64,000 nt of DNA from Pseudomonadota bacterium (GTDB lineage: Bacteria > Pseudomonadota > Gammaproteobacteria > Arenicellales > Poriferihabitantaceae): the NCBI GenBank assembly GCA_039029455.1, contig JBCCGE010000003.1:20542-84541 (forward strand), read 5' to 3'. Below, one piece after another: positions 1 to 9,829 of this stretch. Position 1 is the first letter of the stretch; the number at the start of each line of letters is the position of its first letter. Both the position numbers and the translations under genes were made by a program. The notes under the pieces were generated by a model. It was not told the DNA's origin and ran no database searches. It was given only the letters and a program-made list of their open reading frames with translations.

Positions 1-1000
1 CGTCGTCGACACCCATCTTGTCGAGTGCATTGATGCCGACAACCGATACAACTCCACCAACAGCGCCGGTGACTGCCGCGAAGGCCGGTGTCATCGTGGC
101 TGCCCCCGCTGTTACGGCTACCAGTCCTCCAATACTGGCGACTACCGTGCTGGTTAGCAGAATGTGTTGTCGGCCAATCCACATCGTCACCACGCCGGCG
201 ACGCCGCCAGCTGCGCCGGCCATTGTGGTGTTAAAAAGTACTCTGGGGGTTGACTCATCAACAGTGCCGGAACTGCCCAGGTTAAAGCCGTACCAGCCAA
301 ACCAGAGGATGAAACCGGCGAGTGCCACCATAGTGAGGTTGTGTCCGAGTATCGGTCGCTTGGAGCCATCGTTGGCAAAGCGGCCCAGCCGCGGGCCCAA
401 AATTATTGCGGCGGCAAATGCACACCATCCGCCCGTCGAATGCACAACCGTGGCTCCGGCAAAATCGATGAACCCCGCTTCTTTGAGCCAGCCACCCTCG
501 GCCCAGGCCCAGCTTCCGAAGACCGGATAGATAATTGCGGACATTAAAACCGAGATTAATATATAGGATCCAAAATTTATCCGCTCCGCTAACGCACCGC
601 TGACAATGGTCGCGGCAGTCGCCGCGAACATAGTTTGATACGTAAGGAAAAGAAGCTCGCCCGGATCGTCGGGGTTGAGCAGAAACTTGGATGTCCCGTA
701 CAAACCGCTGGGATTGTCGCCCCACATCAGTCCGTATCCGAAAAGCCAGAATACAAGCATGACAACGCATAAATCGACGTAATTCTTCATCATGACGTTG
801 ATTGTGTTTTTAGCCCGGACCATGCCGCTTTCCAGCAGCGCAAACCCGGCCTGCATGAAGAAAACAAGAATTGCCGACAGGGCAATAAAGACAATGTCTA
901 TCTTGTCTGCGACCGACAGAACAGACTGGGCATGGGAGACTTGTGGCGCGATCCCCAGCAAAAGGACCAGACACAGCGAACGGATATGAGGCAATGTCAT
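1..1000 (-). CDS. amt: Ammonium transporter (Amt family), first ~333 codons; 3' end lies beyond the left edge
   Basis: Absent from the ORF track because the frame meets no stop inside the window. Own minus-strand translation from ATG at 1000..998 gives MTLPHIRSLCLVLLLGIAPQVSHA (signal peptide), then FMQAGFALLESGMVRAKN, TIVSGALAERI, DFAGATVVHSTGGW and WFGWYGFN, which are classic Amt signatures. Track ORFs 18..530(+) and 282..770(-) are its shadows. Confidence 0.9.
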   Translation of the reverse strand, partial: MTLPHIRSLCLVLLLGIAPQVSHAQSVLSVADKIDIVFIALSAILVFFMQAGFALLESGMVRAKNTINVMMKNYVDLCVVMLVFWLFGYGLMWGDNPSGLYGTSKFLLNPDDPGELLFLTYQTMFAATAATIVSGALAERINFGSYILISVLMSAIIYPVFGSWAWAEGGWLKEAGFIDFAGATVVHSTGGWCAFAAAIILGPRLGRFANDGSKRPILGHNLTMVALAGFILWFGWYGFNLGSSGTVDESTPRVLFNTTMAGAAGGVAGVVTMWIGRQHILLTSTVVASIGGLVAVTAGAATMTPAFAAVTGAVGGVVSVVGINALDKMGVDD

Positions 1001-1079
1001 CTTGGAAATCTTGGAAACGAGTTAAATAGAGGTGTCGATGGGGTGTCAAAAAGTGTCCACATCGACCGCGTGATTGAGT

Positions 1080-1107
1080 CGAAACCAATGGTTGGCGGTT
1101 GGTTTCG
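1080..1107. other. Perfect 9-bp inverted repeat (cgaaaccaa N10 ttggtttcg) 80-107 nt upstream of the amt start
   Basis: Read directly from the sequence. Function unknown; it could be an operator or a 5'-UTR hairpin. Confidence 0.25.
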
Positions 1108-1258
1108 CCCATACGTTCTTTGCTTATTTGTTGAATTATAGTACGTTATTGTTAATAGAAACTTAATAATGACGGTCCGTGTCTATAGGAACGTAAATCC
1201 GCATCCTGCTATTGGGGACATTGAGTAGCAAAATCTGACTGAAAATGCAGCTGAAATA

Positions 1259-1681
1259 ATGAACAGCCGGGGCAGTGCCGGAATCACGCAAGGTCTGGAT
1301 CATTTGGGTTTAGCCGTGAACGATCTGCAGAAAACGCGGGATTTTTTCGTCGATGTGCTCGGCTGGCGCGAATCAGGCTTTGATCCTGGTTATCCCCGAA
1401 CGGCGGTTACCGATGGTACTGTGCGTTTGACGCTTTGGCAGGTCGATCACTCTCAGCAGGTTGAGGGGTTTGATCGTCGCAGTAATATTGGTCTGCATCA
1501 TCTGGCCCTGTCCGTGGCGACAGAAACAGAGCTGTTGGAAATCTGCGCTAGAATGAAACATAACGATATTGATATCGAGTTTGAACCCGAACCGGTCGGG
1601 GAAGGACCGAGAAAACACATGATGGTCTACGAACCCGGTGGCATTCGGATTGAGTTTATCTGGTCCGGGTACTCGAACTGA
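1259..1681 (+). CDS. VOC (glyoxalase/bleomycin-resistance/dioxygenase) family protein
   Basis: GLDHLGLAVNDLQKTRDFFVDVLGW and HHLALSV, typical paired beta-alpha-beta-beta-beta VOC motifs; 140 aa. Confidence 0.8.
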   Translation: MNSRGSAGITQGLDHLGLAVNDLQKTRDFFVDVLGWRESGFDPGYPRTAVTDGTVRLTLWQVDHSQQVEGFDRRSNIGLHHLALSVATETELLEICARMKHNDIDIEFEPEPVGEGPRKHMMVYEPGGIRIEFIWSGYSN

Positions 1682-1804
1682 AAGCAAGCTCAGCGGATAA
1701 ATCCGATACGGTGTGATCCGTGATTGCAAAATCGCTGTCAGTTACTTCTGGGGGCCTGCTCTGGATTCGTCTCATCCAAACTACCGTATTGATAAAGAGT
1801 AAAT

Positions 1805-2791
1805 ATGAAAGCAATCTGGTTTGAAAAAACAGGTGACGCCCGTGATGTACTTGAATATGGCGAGCGTTCCACGCCGACACCCCGGGCCGGAGAGGTTCTG
1901 GTGCGACTGTCCGCGACGGCGGTAAATCCGTCCGATGTCAAAAAGCGCGCCGGGGCTCAGGACCCGGGGTTTGAAGACGGCTACGTGATTCCCCACAGCG
2001 ACGGTGCAGGCGTCATCGAAGCGGTCGGAGACGGTGTGGATAGCGCGCGAATCGGGGAGCGTGTATGGGTGTATCAGGCACAATTCCAAAGGCATCTGGG
2101 CACGGCAGCGCAGTACGTAGCTGTGGACAGTTTTCATGCGCCACTGTTGCCGGACAATATTGATTTTCCTGTTGGTGCCTGTATGGGAATCCCGGCAATG
2201 ACGGCACACAGGGCGGTGTTTGCGGATGGTGAAGTTGAAGGCCAAACGCTTTTAGTAACGGGCGCTGCGGGCCGGGTGGGTTATTACGCAGCCCAGTGGG
2301 CAAAAATGGCGGGGGCAAGACTTGTCGTAACGGCGGGGACAGATGCGAATCTGGCGTCGATAGATCATCTTTCTCCGGATCTGGCGATCAACTATCGAAA
2401 CCAGTCCGTTGCGGACAGTGTGCTCGATTTTACTGACGGAAAGGGTGTTGACCGGATTATCGATGTGGAGTTTGGAAAGAACGTCGATGACAGTGTTGCC
2501 ATGTTAAAGACCAACGGTTCAGTGGCAACGTATTCTTCGTCTCAGGATCCCAATCCCAAAATACCCTTCTATCCACTGATGTTCAAAAACATCCTGCTTC
2601 GAAATGTACTGGTCTATAACATGCCGGCTGAGGCAAAACAGCTAGCGATAGAAGATATTTACGACGGATTGGCTACCGATACACTCGTTCATCGAATTGG
2701 CCTGACGGTCTCACTTTCGGACACTGTGCAGGCACACGAGGCGGTGGAAGCCGGTGGACTTAACGGCTGCGCGGTGATGACGATTGAGTGA
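1805..2791 (+). CDS. NADPH:quinone oxidoreductase-like MDR family oxidoreductase
   Basis: 328 aa with GroES-like N-terminus (GEVLVRLSATAVNPSD) and Rossmann motif LLVTGAAGRVGYYAAQWAKMAGA. Confidence 0.85.
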   Translation: MKAIWFEKTGDARDVLEYGERSTPTPRAGEVLVRLSATAVNPSDVKKRAGAQDPGFEDGYVIPHSDGAGVIEAVGDGVDSARIGERVWVYQAQFQRHLGTAAQYVAVDSFHAPLLPDNIDFPVGACMGIPAMTAHRAVFADGEVEGQTLLVTGAAGRVGYYAAQWAKMAGARLVVTAGTDANLASIDHLSPDLAINYRNQSVADSVLDFTDGKGVDRIIDVEFGKNVDDSVAMLKTNGSVATYSSSQDPNPKIPFYPLMFKNILLRNVLVYNMPAEAKQLAIEDIYDGLATDTLVHRIGLTVSLSDTVQAHEAVEAGGLNGCAVMTIE

Positions 2792-2816
2792 CTGCCGAGT
2801 TCGACCAGTCCAGCCT

Positions 2817-3179
2817 TCAGTCCAACTCGATGCCGAGTTGAGCGCGCTTTTTCTTTGACAGACCGCCGGCGACCAGTCGATAGGACTCGGTGAGGTAGTA
2901 TCTGAGGTCATCTTCGTTGCCGCCAACATCGTACATCTGAATCCATTTCATACCCCTTGAGGCCATGTAGGGTGCCGGGCGATAACCGCGCTCTGTCTTG
3001 AGAATTTCGAAGTCCATTTCGTGCGTTTTGAAGGTGAATGCCGGGCCGTCAGTTTTCTCCCAGCCGCCAATAGCGAACACTTTACCACCCACTTTCCAGA
3101 CGTGAGCATCGCCCCACATCACACTGTGCGAGGTTGCGGACATGGTTTCGCAGAACGAATTAAATTGTCGGTAATTCAT
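2817..3179 (-). CDS. MmcQ/YjbR family DNA-binding protein
   Basis: 120 aa. The pattern VWKVGGKVFA..FTFK..PAPYM..KWIQM..SYRLV..LSKKKR matches my memory of the YjbR/MmcQ fold family. Confidence 0.7.
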   Translation of the reverse strand: MNYRQFNSFCETMSATSHSVMWGDAHVWKVGGKVFAIGGWEKTDGPAFTFKTHEMDFEILKTERGYRPAPYMASRGMKWIQMYDVGGNEDDLRYYLTESYRLVAGGLSKKKRAQLGIELD

Positions 3180-3349
3180 ACTGACCCCGGCAAAAGTTTA
3201 GCCCGAATATTTCTTCAAGGTCGGGACTTTAAAGGCAGACCGGCTTTTCCAAAGCAGTCAAATGGGAAATGCACTCTAGATCGAAAAATATGTATGGTCA
3301 CAATCGACCCAACTTTAAAAATATTCGGGCTGGTTTTAGTGGCAAGACA

Positions 3350-3970
3350 CTAACGGGTGAAAGCAGATCGAATCAATCCAAATGCGGCAGCGGAGAACAC
3401 GACTGCCATGGTGTTGTGGATATGTCGATGAAATCTGCGATACGCCTTCATTACGCCGTGAAGTGAGAACAGCATCAAGTACAAGACATAGACGAAATAC
3501 CCGATAACAATGCACAGTGTTGCGGCGATACTGACCGCAGTTAAATTGTCATCTGCATCCAGGCCTATAGATAACGCAGTCATCCATGCCACCAGAGCCT
3601 TTGGGTTGGAAAGGTTCAACAGGAAGCCCCTTGAAAACAAGCGACGATCTGCCGCTATGTTCCGGGTTTCTATGGAACCTCGACGGCCGTCTCGAAACGA
3701 GCTGATCGCCAGCCACAACAGGTACAAGCCACCGGCAATCTTGAGCAGGCCTAACACATAGACTGAACTTTGCAGTACGGCACCCATTCCGCTGACTGCC
3801 AAAACCCCCCAGACAGCCAGACCACAGGTAAGACCAGCACCATAGACCAGTCCGGACTTACGGCCATGATGCATTGCAGTCACCGCAGTGGATAGCGTGG
3901 CTGGACCCGGGGCCGCGGCGACCACAAAAAATGCCAGACCGGTTGAAAGCAATGAAACGACATCCAGCAT
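3350..3970 (-). CDS. LysE/RhtB family amino-acid exporter
   Basis: Start moved to the internal ATG at 3970 (MLDVVSLLSTGLAFFVVAAAPGPA...). The track's 68-aa N-terminal extension is non-membrane and overlaps the upstream gene. Family motif LLNLSNPKALVAW; about 206 aa. Confidence 0.8.
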   Translation of the reverse strand: MLDVVSLLSTGLAFFVVAAAPGPATLSTAVTAMHHGRKSGLVYGAGLTCGLAVWGVLAVSGMGAVLQSSVYVLGLLKIAGGLYLLWLAISSFRDGRRGSIETRNIAADRRLFSRGFLLNLSNPKALVAWMTALSIGLDADDNLTAVSIAATLCIVIGYFVYVLYLMLFSLHGVMKAYRRFHRHIHNTMAVVFSAAAFGLIRSAFTR

Positions 3971-4076
3971 CGTTTTCAGCAACCCCCGGGTCGTGTTTGA
4001 AATTGGTATGCCAGGTTGGCAGGGTCTGCGTTGACACTGCGGCTTACAAATGAGAAAGACAGCTGGTCTGCCATAT

Positions 4077-4694
4077 CTAGTCTCTGGAGGCGAAGGCGAG
4101 TTTTGCACCCATGAGTGCGAAAGCACCGGCGAAGGACTTTTGAATCCAGTTCGCCACAACCGGAGAGCCGACAACGTGATGTCGAATGCGATCAGCCATG
4201 CAACCGTAAACGACGAATATCAAAAAGGTCATGAACATGAAGACGCTACCCAGAGCGATCATCGAAACAGCCGGGTTAACTTCGTCGACGGGAATAAACT
4301 GGGGCAGAAAGGCAAGAAAGAAAATTGTCAGTTTGGGGTTGAGAATATTGATCAGAAAGCCTTTCAATGCAATCGTGGCGGATTTGTCGGGCTTCGGAGA
4401 ATCGCTGAAAGTCAATTCTCCATCTGACCTCAACATCGACCAGGCCAGGTACAACAGATAAGCGACTCCCAGAAACTTGATCGTCTGAAATGCGATTGCA
4501 CTGGTATGGATCAGGATAGCCAGCCCGGTGATGCTCGCCAGCAGCGACGGCACGATGCCAAAAGTACAGCCAATGGCAGCAAACACGCTGGCTCTACGAC
4601 CTGCAATCAGGCCTGTAGCAATTGTATAAAGAACGCCGCTGCCCGGCATCAGAACGACAAGAAATGAAGTAGCGAGAAATTCGAGAGTGATCAT
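4077..4694 (-). CDS. LysE/RhtB family amino-acid exporter
   Basis: MITLEFLATSFLVVLMPGSGVLY and FLINILNPKLTIFFLAFLPQF; 205 aa. ATGA overlap with the upstream gene's stop (4691-4694). Confidence 0.85.
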   Translation of the reverse strand: MITLEFLATSFLVVLMPGSGVLYTIATGLIAGRRASVFAAIGCTFGIVPSLLASITGLAILIHTSAIAFQTIKFLGVAYLLYLAWSMLRSDGELTFSDSPKPDKSATIALKGFLINILNPKLTIFFLAFLPQFIPVDEVNPAVSMIALGSVFMFMTFLIFVVYGCMADRIRHHVVGSPVVANWIQKSFAGAFALMGAKLAFASRD

Positions 4695-5410
4695 TGTTTT
4701 TCGGAGAGTTCAGACTCGGTCGCTTCAGCGGCCGCGGTGACAAAGGCGGATATCAATGGATGCACACAGTCGGTCAGCGCGGAGCGCTCAGGCTGGAAGG
4801 CGGTGCCGATAAAGAATCGATTGTGAGGAATTTCCAGCGTGCGAGGATCACCATCTGTATCAAAGCCGGAAAAACAAAGGTCACTGTGATCAAAAATTCC
4901 GAGATAGTCTCTGTTAACACCAAATCCACAAAAATAGTCCTCTGTGATTTTTTCGGACTGGTAAATGTCGGTGATTCTGGAGCCTTTGGCCAAAAAAATG
5001 TCTGCACTTTGATCATACAGTCTGCATGATAAACCTGATATCAGAGGCATTTTGCAATTCGGATTGATCTCGGCATTGTCTGCCTCAGGATAGTCCAGAG
5101 CATTGCGGGCAAACTCAAGGGCGGCGTGCTGATACCCACCACATGTTCCCAAAAACGGACGATCGTTCACTCGGGCGTAATGAATGGCCAGTAGTACATT
5201 TTCGGTGTTCGTGTAAGGACTGGCCGGGACACACCAGATGCCAGAAAACTGTTCCAGAGACCTTAAATTTACCTCTTGCGAATGAATCCATTGATAGTGA
5301 ATTTCCATGGACATAGCATTGGCTGCATAGTCCAGCGCAAGCGGAATAGCCTGGTGTGCGGTTACGGATTGCTGATAATCCCCGACAAGTGCGATGGATG
5401 ACGCATTCAT
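4691..5410 (-). CDS. Class I glutamine amidotransferase-like protein resembling the C-terminal domain of CTP synthase
   Basis: Nucleophile elbow FLGTCGGYQHAALEFARN. The C-terminal FIGTAFQPERS aligns to the CTP synthase QFHPEF motif, with Gln in place of the triad His. Confidence 0.75.
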   Translation of the reverse strand: MNASSIALVGDYQQSVTAHQAIPLALDYAANAMSMEIHYQWIHSQEVNLRSLEQFSGIWCVPASPYTNTENVLLAIHYARVNDRPFLGTCGGYQHAALEFARNALDYPEADNAEINPNCKMPLISGLSCRLYDQSADIFLAKGSRITDIYQSEKITEDYFCGFGVNRDYLGIFDHSDLCFSGFDTDGDPRTLEIPHNRFFIGTAFQPERSALTDCVHPLISAFVTAAAEATESELSEKQ

Positions 5411-5585
5411 TGGACTTTATTGTTTCTATAGACAGCGCTTCAATTGAACAGATTTCAGACCAGGATCGTCAAAACTTCTCACAAGCACTTCTGTGGTTCG
5501 GCGAAAGAAACAGTTTATACCGGCCAGACAACCCGCATTTGAGAGTGCATTCTGAATTGTGCGCTGACTGTTGACATCAAAACCA

Positions 5586-6074
5586 TCAAAAGTACCGGCT
5601 TGTCAGCCAGCCTGCAAGTACTCCCAGCAACATCGCGATGGGGGCAAAAATCAAAGGACCAATGACGAGCTCAATTCCGTGAGGCCAGCTCAGGAACTGT
5701 TTATCCGGCAAATACGATCGCCAGTGCGTTGTATTAGCCCAAACAATGATCAGGACAATTGCAGTAACTCCACCAAAAAACATTGATCGCCTGTAATGAA
5801 CCGAGCGGACGAATTTTCCGACTACCCACATCACCAGAGTCAACAGCAAAAGGGGCAACAGCCCGAGAGCGCTGGTTATCAACAGATTTCCCTTTTTAAC
5901 AACATACTGGTCAGCAACGGCTTTAGTCAGACTGGTGACATCCATGCCTTCCAGAAAACCACTGAATATCATTGAGGCACCCGGCGCAATCAGAACTACT
6001 GCAGCAGCAACCAACCAATAGGAGCGCAGCGATTCAGTCGCATTCAGTTTGTTCATAGAAGCTAAGGACCACAT
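5586..6074 (-). CDS. Hypothetical integral membrane protein (about 4 TM)
   Basis: 162-aa ORF with several long hydrophobic segments and no recognisable family motif. An alternative start (MNKLN) lies 6 codons in. Confidence 0.6.
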   Translation of the reverse strand: MWSLASMNKLNATESLRSYWLVAAAVVLIAPGASMIFSGFLEGMDVTSLTKAVADQYVVKKGNLLITSALGLLPLLLLTLVMWVVGKFVRSVHYRRSMFFGGVTAIVLIIVWANTTHWRSYLPDKQFLSWPHGIELVIGPLIFAPIAMLLGVLAGWLTSRYF

Positions 6075-6244
6075 TCCGGATTTTCAGCCCATTCTAAAGC
6101 AACGCGATCTGCGCAGCGGTCCGCAGGCGGACCCATAATAATCTAAACCGCTTTACGAAAACCGGAGGGGTAAACGCTGGTACGTTTCGACCGGATCCCC
6201 CGGGTCGGTTTCTGCTGCGGATCAAAAGCCCAGGTGACGAACAC

Positions 6245-7168
6245 TCAGCAGGTTCGGGATGAACTTCGCCAGTCGGCGGCTTCCTGTAGCAGCCAGTGCC
6301 GAAATGCGGACACCTTACTTGTTTCTGCCAAACTGACGGGGCTGAGCAGATAATAAGAAAAAGATAATGATGTATTGAGCGCGGAATCAAAAGGATGCAC
6401 CAGACGACCGGTCGCGATATCGTCGGCAACAAGAATATCGCCGACCAGCGCGATGCCCTGTGCTTCAATGGCCGCCAGTATCGCCATGGATTCCATCGTA
6501 TAGTGCGGCCCGCGGGTTGGGTCGACATCCTTATAACCAGCGGCCAGCAACCACATCCGCCAGCTGGCCTCATCATCTTTCCAGTCGATGTGCAGCAGCG
6601 TATGGTGGCGCAGATTCTTTGGGTTTTTCAAACCGTATTCTCCGGTCATAAGCTCAGGGCTGCAAACCGGAGTGTTGATTGGACTAAACAAATGGTCTGA
6701 GCAGACTCCACCGTAGCCACCCGGTCCAAAGCGAATCGCAAGATCAGCCTCCCCTGCAGCCAGATTGACCCGAGTGTCGGTGCCGTCAATTCGAACTTCG
6801 ATATCAGGATACAGGCTTCTAAATCGTTCCAGACGTGGAACCAGCCACTTTGCACCAAAGGATGGACTGACACTAACGGTAATCGAGCTGAAGTTATTGT
6901 GTTTGCGAATTTCGTCGACACCCTGGGCCAGCTTGTCAAAACCCTGGGCCAGAAGTGGCAGTGCAGACTGGCCCGCTTCCGTTAAACGCAGCGAACGTGT
7001 CAGTCTGAGAAATAGTGGTACACCCAGCTGTTCTTCGAGCACCTTTACATGATGACTGATTGCACCCGGCGTCACATTCAGCTCGGCCGCAGCATTTTTA
7101 AAACTCAGATGACGGGCCGCGGACTCAAAAGCACGCAGTGCGTTCAGAGGAGGAAGTCGGCGATTCAC
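6245..7168 (-). CDS. LysR family transcriptional regulator (GcvA-like)
   Basis: N-terminal wHTH LNALRAFESAARHLSFKNAAAELNVTPGAISHHVKVLE; 307 aa. Confidence 0.9.
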   Translation of the reverse strand: MNRRLPPLNALRAFESAARHLSFKNAAAELNVTPGAISHHVKVLEEQLGVPLFLRLTRSLRLTEAGQSALPLLAQGFDKLAQGVDEIRKHNNFSSITVSVSPSFGAKWLVPRLERFRSLYPDIEVRIDGTDTRVNLAAGEADLAIRFGPGGYGGVCSDHLFSPINTPVCSPELMTGEYGLKNPKNLRHHTLLHIDWKDDEASWRMWLLAAGYKDVDPTRGPHYTMESMAILAAIEAQGIALVGDILVADDIATGRLVHPFDSALNTSLSFSYYLLSPVSLAETSKVSAFRHWLLQEAADWRSSSRTC

Positions 7169-7187
7169 TATCTATAAACTAAATTTT

Positions 7188-7199
7188 CTAATGCATTAG
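7188..7199. promoter_or_regulatory. 12-bp perfect palindrome CTAATGCATTAG in the LysR/DMT divergent intergenic region (candidate operator)
   Basis: Read directly; it lies 20 nt upstream of the LysR start codon. Assigning it to the LysR regulator is inference. Confidence 0.3.
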
Positions 7200-7359
7200 A
7201 CCAAAAATGCTGGTTTGTGCAAATCACATTTTCACGATTATTATCAATTGAAACAGCAAGAGATTTACTGAACACCCGATACCGTATCAAATTACAGATG
7301 AGAGATTCTAATCTATATATGATTCAGTCTGGACGTTCGGACCCAGCCTGGAGCGCGTT

Positions 7360-8229
7360 TTGCGACTAGGCACATACGGACTTGGCGTTGTTCTGGTCAC
7401 AGTATCAGCAGTCGTTTTCAGCACTGCTGGCGTGTTTACAAAAGGAGTCGACGCGGGTGCCTGGGAAATTATCTTCTGGCGCGGGGTGTTTGCAGCTGCG
7501 TTTACCACTGCGTACATCATCTGCCAGCGATCGTTTCGACGGGATTATGTGATGATGGGCAAGAGTGGATGGGCTGTCGCCTTAATTGGTGCATCAGGCA
7601 CTGCGGCGTTTATTCCCGCATTCAAGATGACGACGATGGCGAACGTGATGTTGATTTACGCCTCCGCCCCACTTATCGCGTCGGTACTGGCCTGGATTTG
7701 GATTCGCGAGCGAATATCACTGCGCGTGCTTCTGGGTTGTATCGGCGCTATTGGCGGGGTGCTCATCATTGTTCGGGGTTCTGTGGGTCACGTGGACTTC
7801 AGAGGTGACTTGCTGGCGCTTTGGATGACTTTTGTGATGGCAACGCTGATGGTGATCTATCGGCGATATCCGTCAACGCCGGCTGCCGGTCCTGCAGCGA
7901 TGTCGTCGTTGGTTCTGCTTCCCATAGCGGTTGTGTTCAGCAATCCGTTTGCCGTCTCTTCGGCCGATTTTCTGGTGACTGCGGCATTCGGTCTGACATT
8001 TGCGATAGCGTCTGTTTCTCTTGCCGAGGGCATGAAGCGGTTGCCTGCCGGTGAAACAGCGCTGATAAGTGCTTTGGAAACTCCGCTAGCACCTGTATTT
8101 GGTTGGTTGCTGTTTGCAGAAATTCCTGCAGACAGTACTTTTCTCGGTGGTGCGATTATTCTGATTGCGGTGCTGGCGACTCAGATTTATCCGTTATTCG
8201 CAGCAAGCAAATTCTCAAAACGCGATTGA
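7360..8229 (+). CDS. DMT superfamily (EamA-like) transporter
   Basis: 289 aa with about 10 hydrophobic helices in two EamA-like halves. Probable TTG start. Divergent from the LysR gene. Confidence 0.8.
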   Translation: MRLGTYGLGVVLVTVSAVVFSTAGVFTKGVDAGAWEIIFWRGVFAAAFTTAYIICQRSFRRDYVMMGKSGWAVALIGASGTAAFIPAFKMTTMANVMLIYASAPLIASVLAWIWIRERISLRVLLGCIGAIGGVLIIVRGSVGHVDFRGDLLALWMTFVMATLMVIYRRYPSTPAAGPAAMSSLVLLPIAVVFSNPFAVSSADFLVTAAFGLTFAIASVSLAEGMKRLPAGETALISALETPLAPVFGWLLFAEIPADSTFLGGAIILIAVLATQIYPLFAASKFSKRD

Positions 8230-8368
8230 GTTCATCCGCATAACAACGGAAAAAAGATAGGGTTATACATTGGATAGGCAACTGGAAGTTTGCGGTGTCG
8301 TCTTCAATGATTTAGAGTGAGCCCCGTAAATTCCTGACGGTCTCAACGGGGCGTAATAAAACCAGACT

Positions 8369-9829
8369 TTAAAGTCTCTCCTGAAACCACAGACGAGCCT
8401 GTGTGATCGACTCACTAACTTCGGCGTCCTGATCATAGAAGCTGAATTGGTGGAACGGTGATTCCAGTTCGGTTTCGATCCAGTGCAGCTTTTTGTCGTC
8501 GCTTGCAATGTTCTCATAGTATTTACGTGTGTATTGCGGCAACACCGCGCCGTCAGAGTGAATCATCAGAGTTGGTGTTTTCAGGGCTTTCGCAGACGGC
8601 ATCGGATCGATAGTCAGCCAGTCTTCCCACGTCATTACCGCAAACTTATCGGCATTCCACTCCGGAACCGCTCCGCGATCAGGGTTCAAATAATAATCAT
8701 AAGGACCGAACATTGCCGCTGTTTCATCTGTGGTTGAAATGCTTGGTATGTATTGCATATTGCCGGTACTGGCATAAAGTTTCTTTGCAGACCGTGCAGC
8801 ATCAATTTTCGACTGCACGCCTTCTTCGCCGCCGTAAAACAGTTTTACCGCTTCAGAATCATGGAGCCATGAAGCCGTGGTGACCACCGACCTGATCCGA
8901 TTGTCCTCAGCTGCCGCCATTAATGTGTACATTGACCCGGCACAGATTCCCAATGCGCCAATTCGGTTGCCGTCAACATCGGCCAGACTTTGCAGAAACG
9001 TCACGGCGTTTCTAATATCCTCAATTTTCTGTTGTGGGTTTTCGTAAAAACGGGTGTCTCCGCCGCTTTCACCAAAATTTCGGTGGTCAAATGCAAGAGT
9101 AATAAAGTCTCTGCCGGCCAGTTTGCCGGCGTACAGACCGGACATCTGCTCCTTTACTGTCGTCCAGCTTCCGGAAACCACGATAGCCGGGTATTGTTTC
9201 TCAGGATCATAGTTGGCTGGCAGATAAAGATTTCCCACGATGGAATCTCCCGCGCTGTCAAACTCTACCTTCCGAATTTGTCGACCTGCACCTGTTTCCG
9301 TAGCGTCTGCATTTCGTTCATTCATCTCAATAACCTCGTTTAAAAAATTCAGATTTCCCTTTTGGCCATGCATGATCAGAGTCTTACTCATGATTTTCCA
9401 CTGACCACTCTCAAAGACAAGCTTGTGGTGATAGCGACCGTAAGCGTCCCAGTACTCCAGTCCATCTGCATTATGGCTGGCGTAGACGTGAGAATATGAC
9501 TCAGCCTGGTTGCCTTCCACATGGATTTCAAAATTACTGAGCAGATGGTGAGTGTCGACTTTCTGCAACAACTGCTTCCATCCATCTACAAGTTCCGACG
9601 CCGTGGTGAGTCCGCCCGGCTGACCGGAAAGACTGGAATAGTCTACAAATACATCCTCTTTGAATTGATCGCGAGCGGTATCCCATTGTTTGGTATCAAT
9701 CGCGTTGATCATTCGAACAATGTTTTGTCTGATCTGATCGCTTGCTTTGGAACCTGCACTTGATGACACCGGAGACAGCATTACTGCGGTCGAAAAGAGC
9801 AGGATCGGTACAATTTTGAAAGTAGTCAT
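8369..9829 (-). CDS. Secreted fusion protein: NTF2/SnoaL-like domain plus alpha/beta-hydrolase (dienelactone-hydrolase-like, Cys nucleophile)
   Basis: Signal peptide MTTFKIVPILLFSTAVMLSPVSSSA. N-terminal ~150 aa look SnoaL-like (WDTARDQF..HHLLSNFEIHV). C-terminal hydrolase has LAFDHRNFGESGG and nucleophile elbow RIGALGICAGSMYT. Confidence 0.8.
   Translation of the reverse strand: MTTFKIVPILLFSTAVMLSPVSSSAGSKASDQIRQNIVRMINAIDTKQWDTARDQFKEDVFVDYSSLSGQPGGLTTASELVDGWKQLLQKVDTHHLLSNFEIHVEGNQAESYSHVYASHNADGLEYWDAYGRYHHKLVFESGQWKIMSKTLIMHGQKGNLNFLNEVIEMNERNADATETGAGRQIRKVEFDSAGDSIVGNLYLPANYDPEKQYPAIVVSGSWTTVKEQMSGLYAGKLAGRDFITLAFDHRNFGESGGDTRFYENPQQKIEDIRNAVTFLQSLADVDGNRIGALGICAGSMYTLMAAAEDNRIRSVVTTASWLHDSEAVKLFYGGEEGVQSKIDAARSAKKLYASTGNMQYIPSISTTDETAAMFGPYDYYLNPDRGAVPEWNADKFAVMTWEDWLTIDPMPSAKALKTPTLMIHSDGAVLPQYTRKYYENIASDDKKLHWIETELESPFHQFSFYDQDAEVSESITQARLWFQERL

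Noticed and set aside
18-770. Track ORFs 18..530(+) (170 aa, Thr/Pro/Ala-rich) and 282..770(-) (162 aa)
   Set aside because: Both overlap the strongly supported Amt frame on the minus strand. They have low-complexity or Arg/Cys-rich composition, which is typical of shadow ORFs.
1044-1059. Sigma54-like TGGACACTTTTTGACA (minus strand) upstream of amt
   Set aside because: The GG and GC dinucleotides are mis-spaced by one and the -12 reads GA. The match is too poor to call.
1781-2318. Minus-strand ORFs of 154 aa and 101 aa inside the quinone-reductase gene, plus several 60-160-aa ORFs inside the LysR gene (6094-7052)
   Set aside because: They overlap strongly supported genes and have Arg/Pro/Cys-rich shadow composition.
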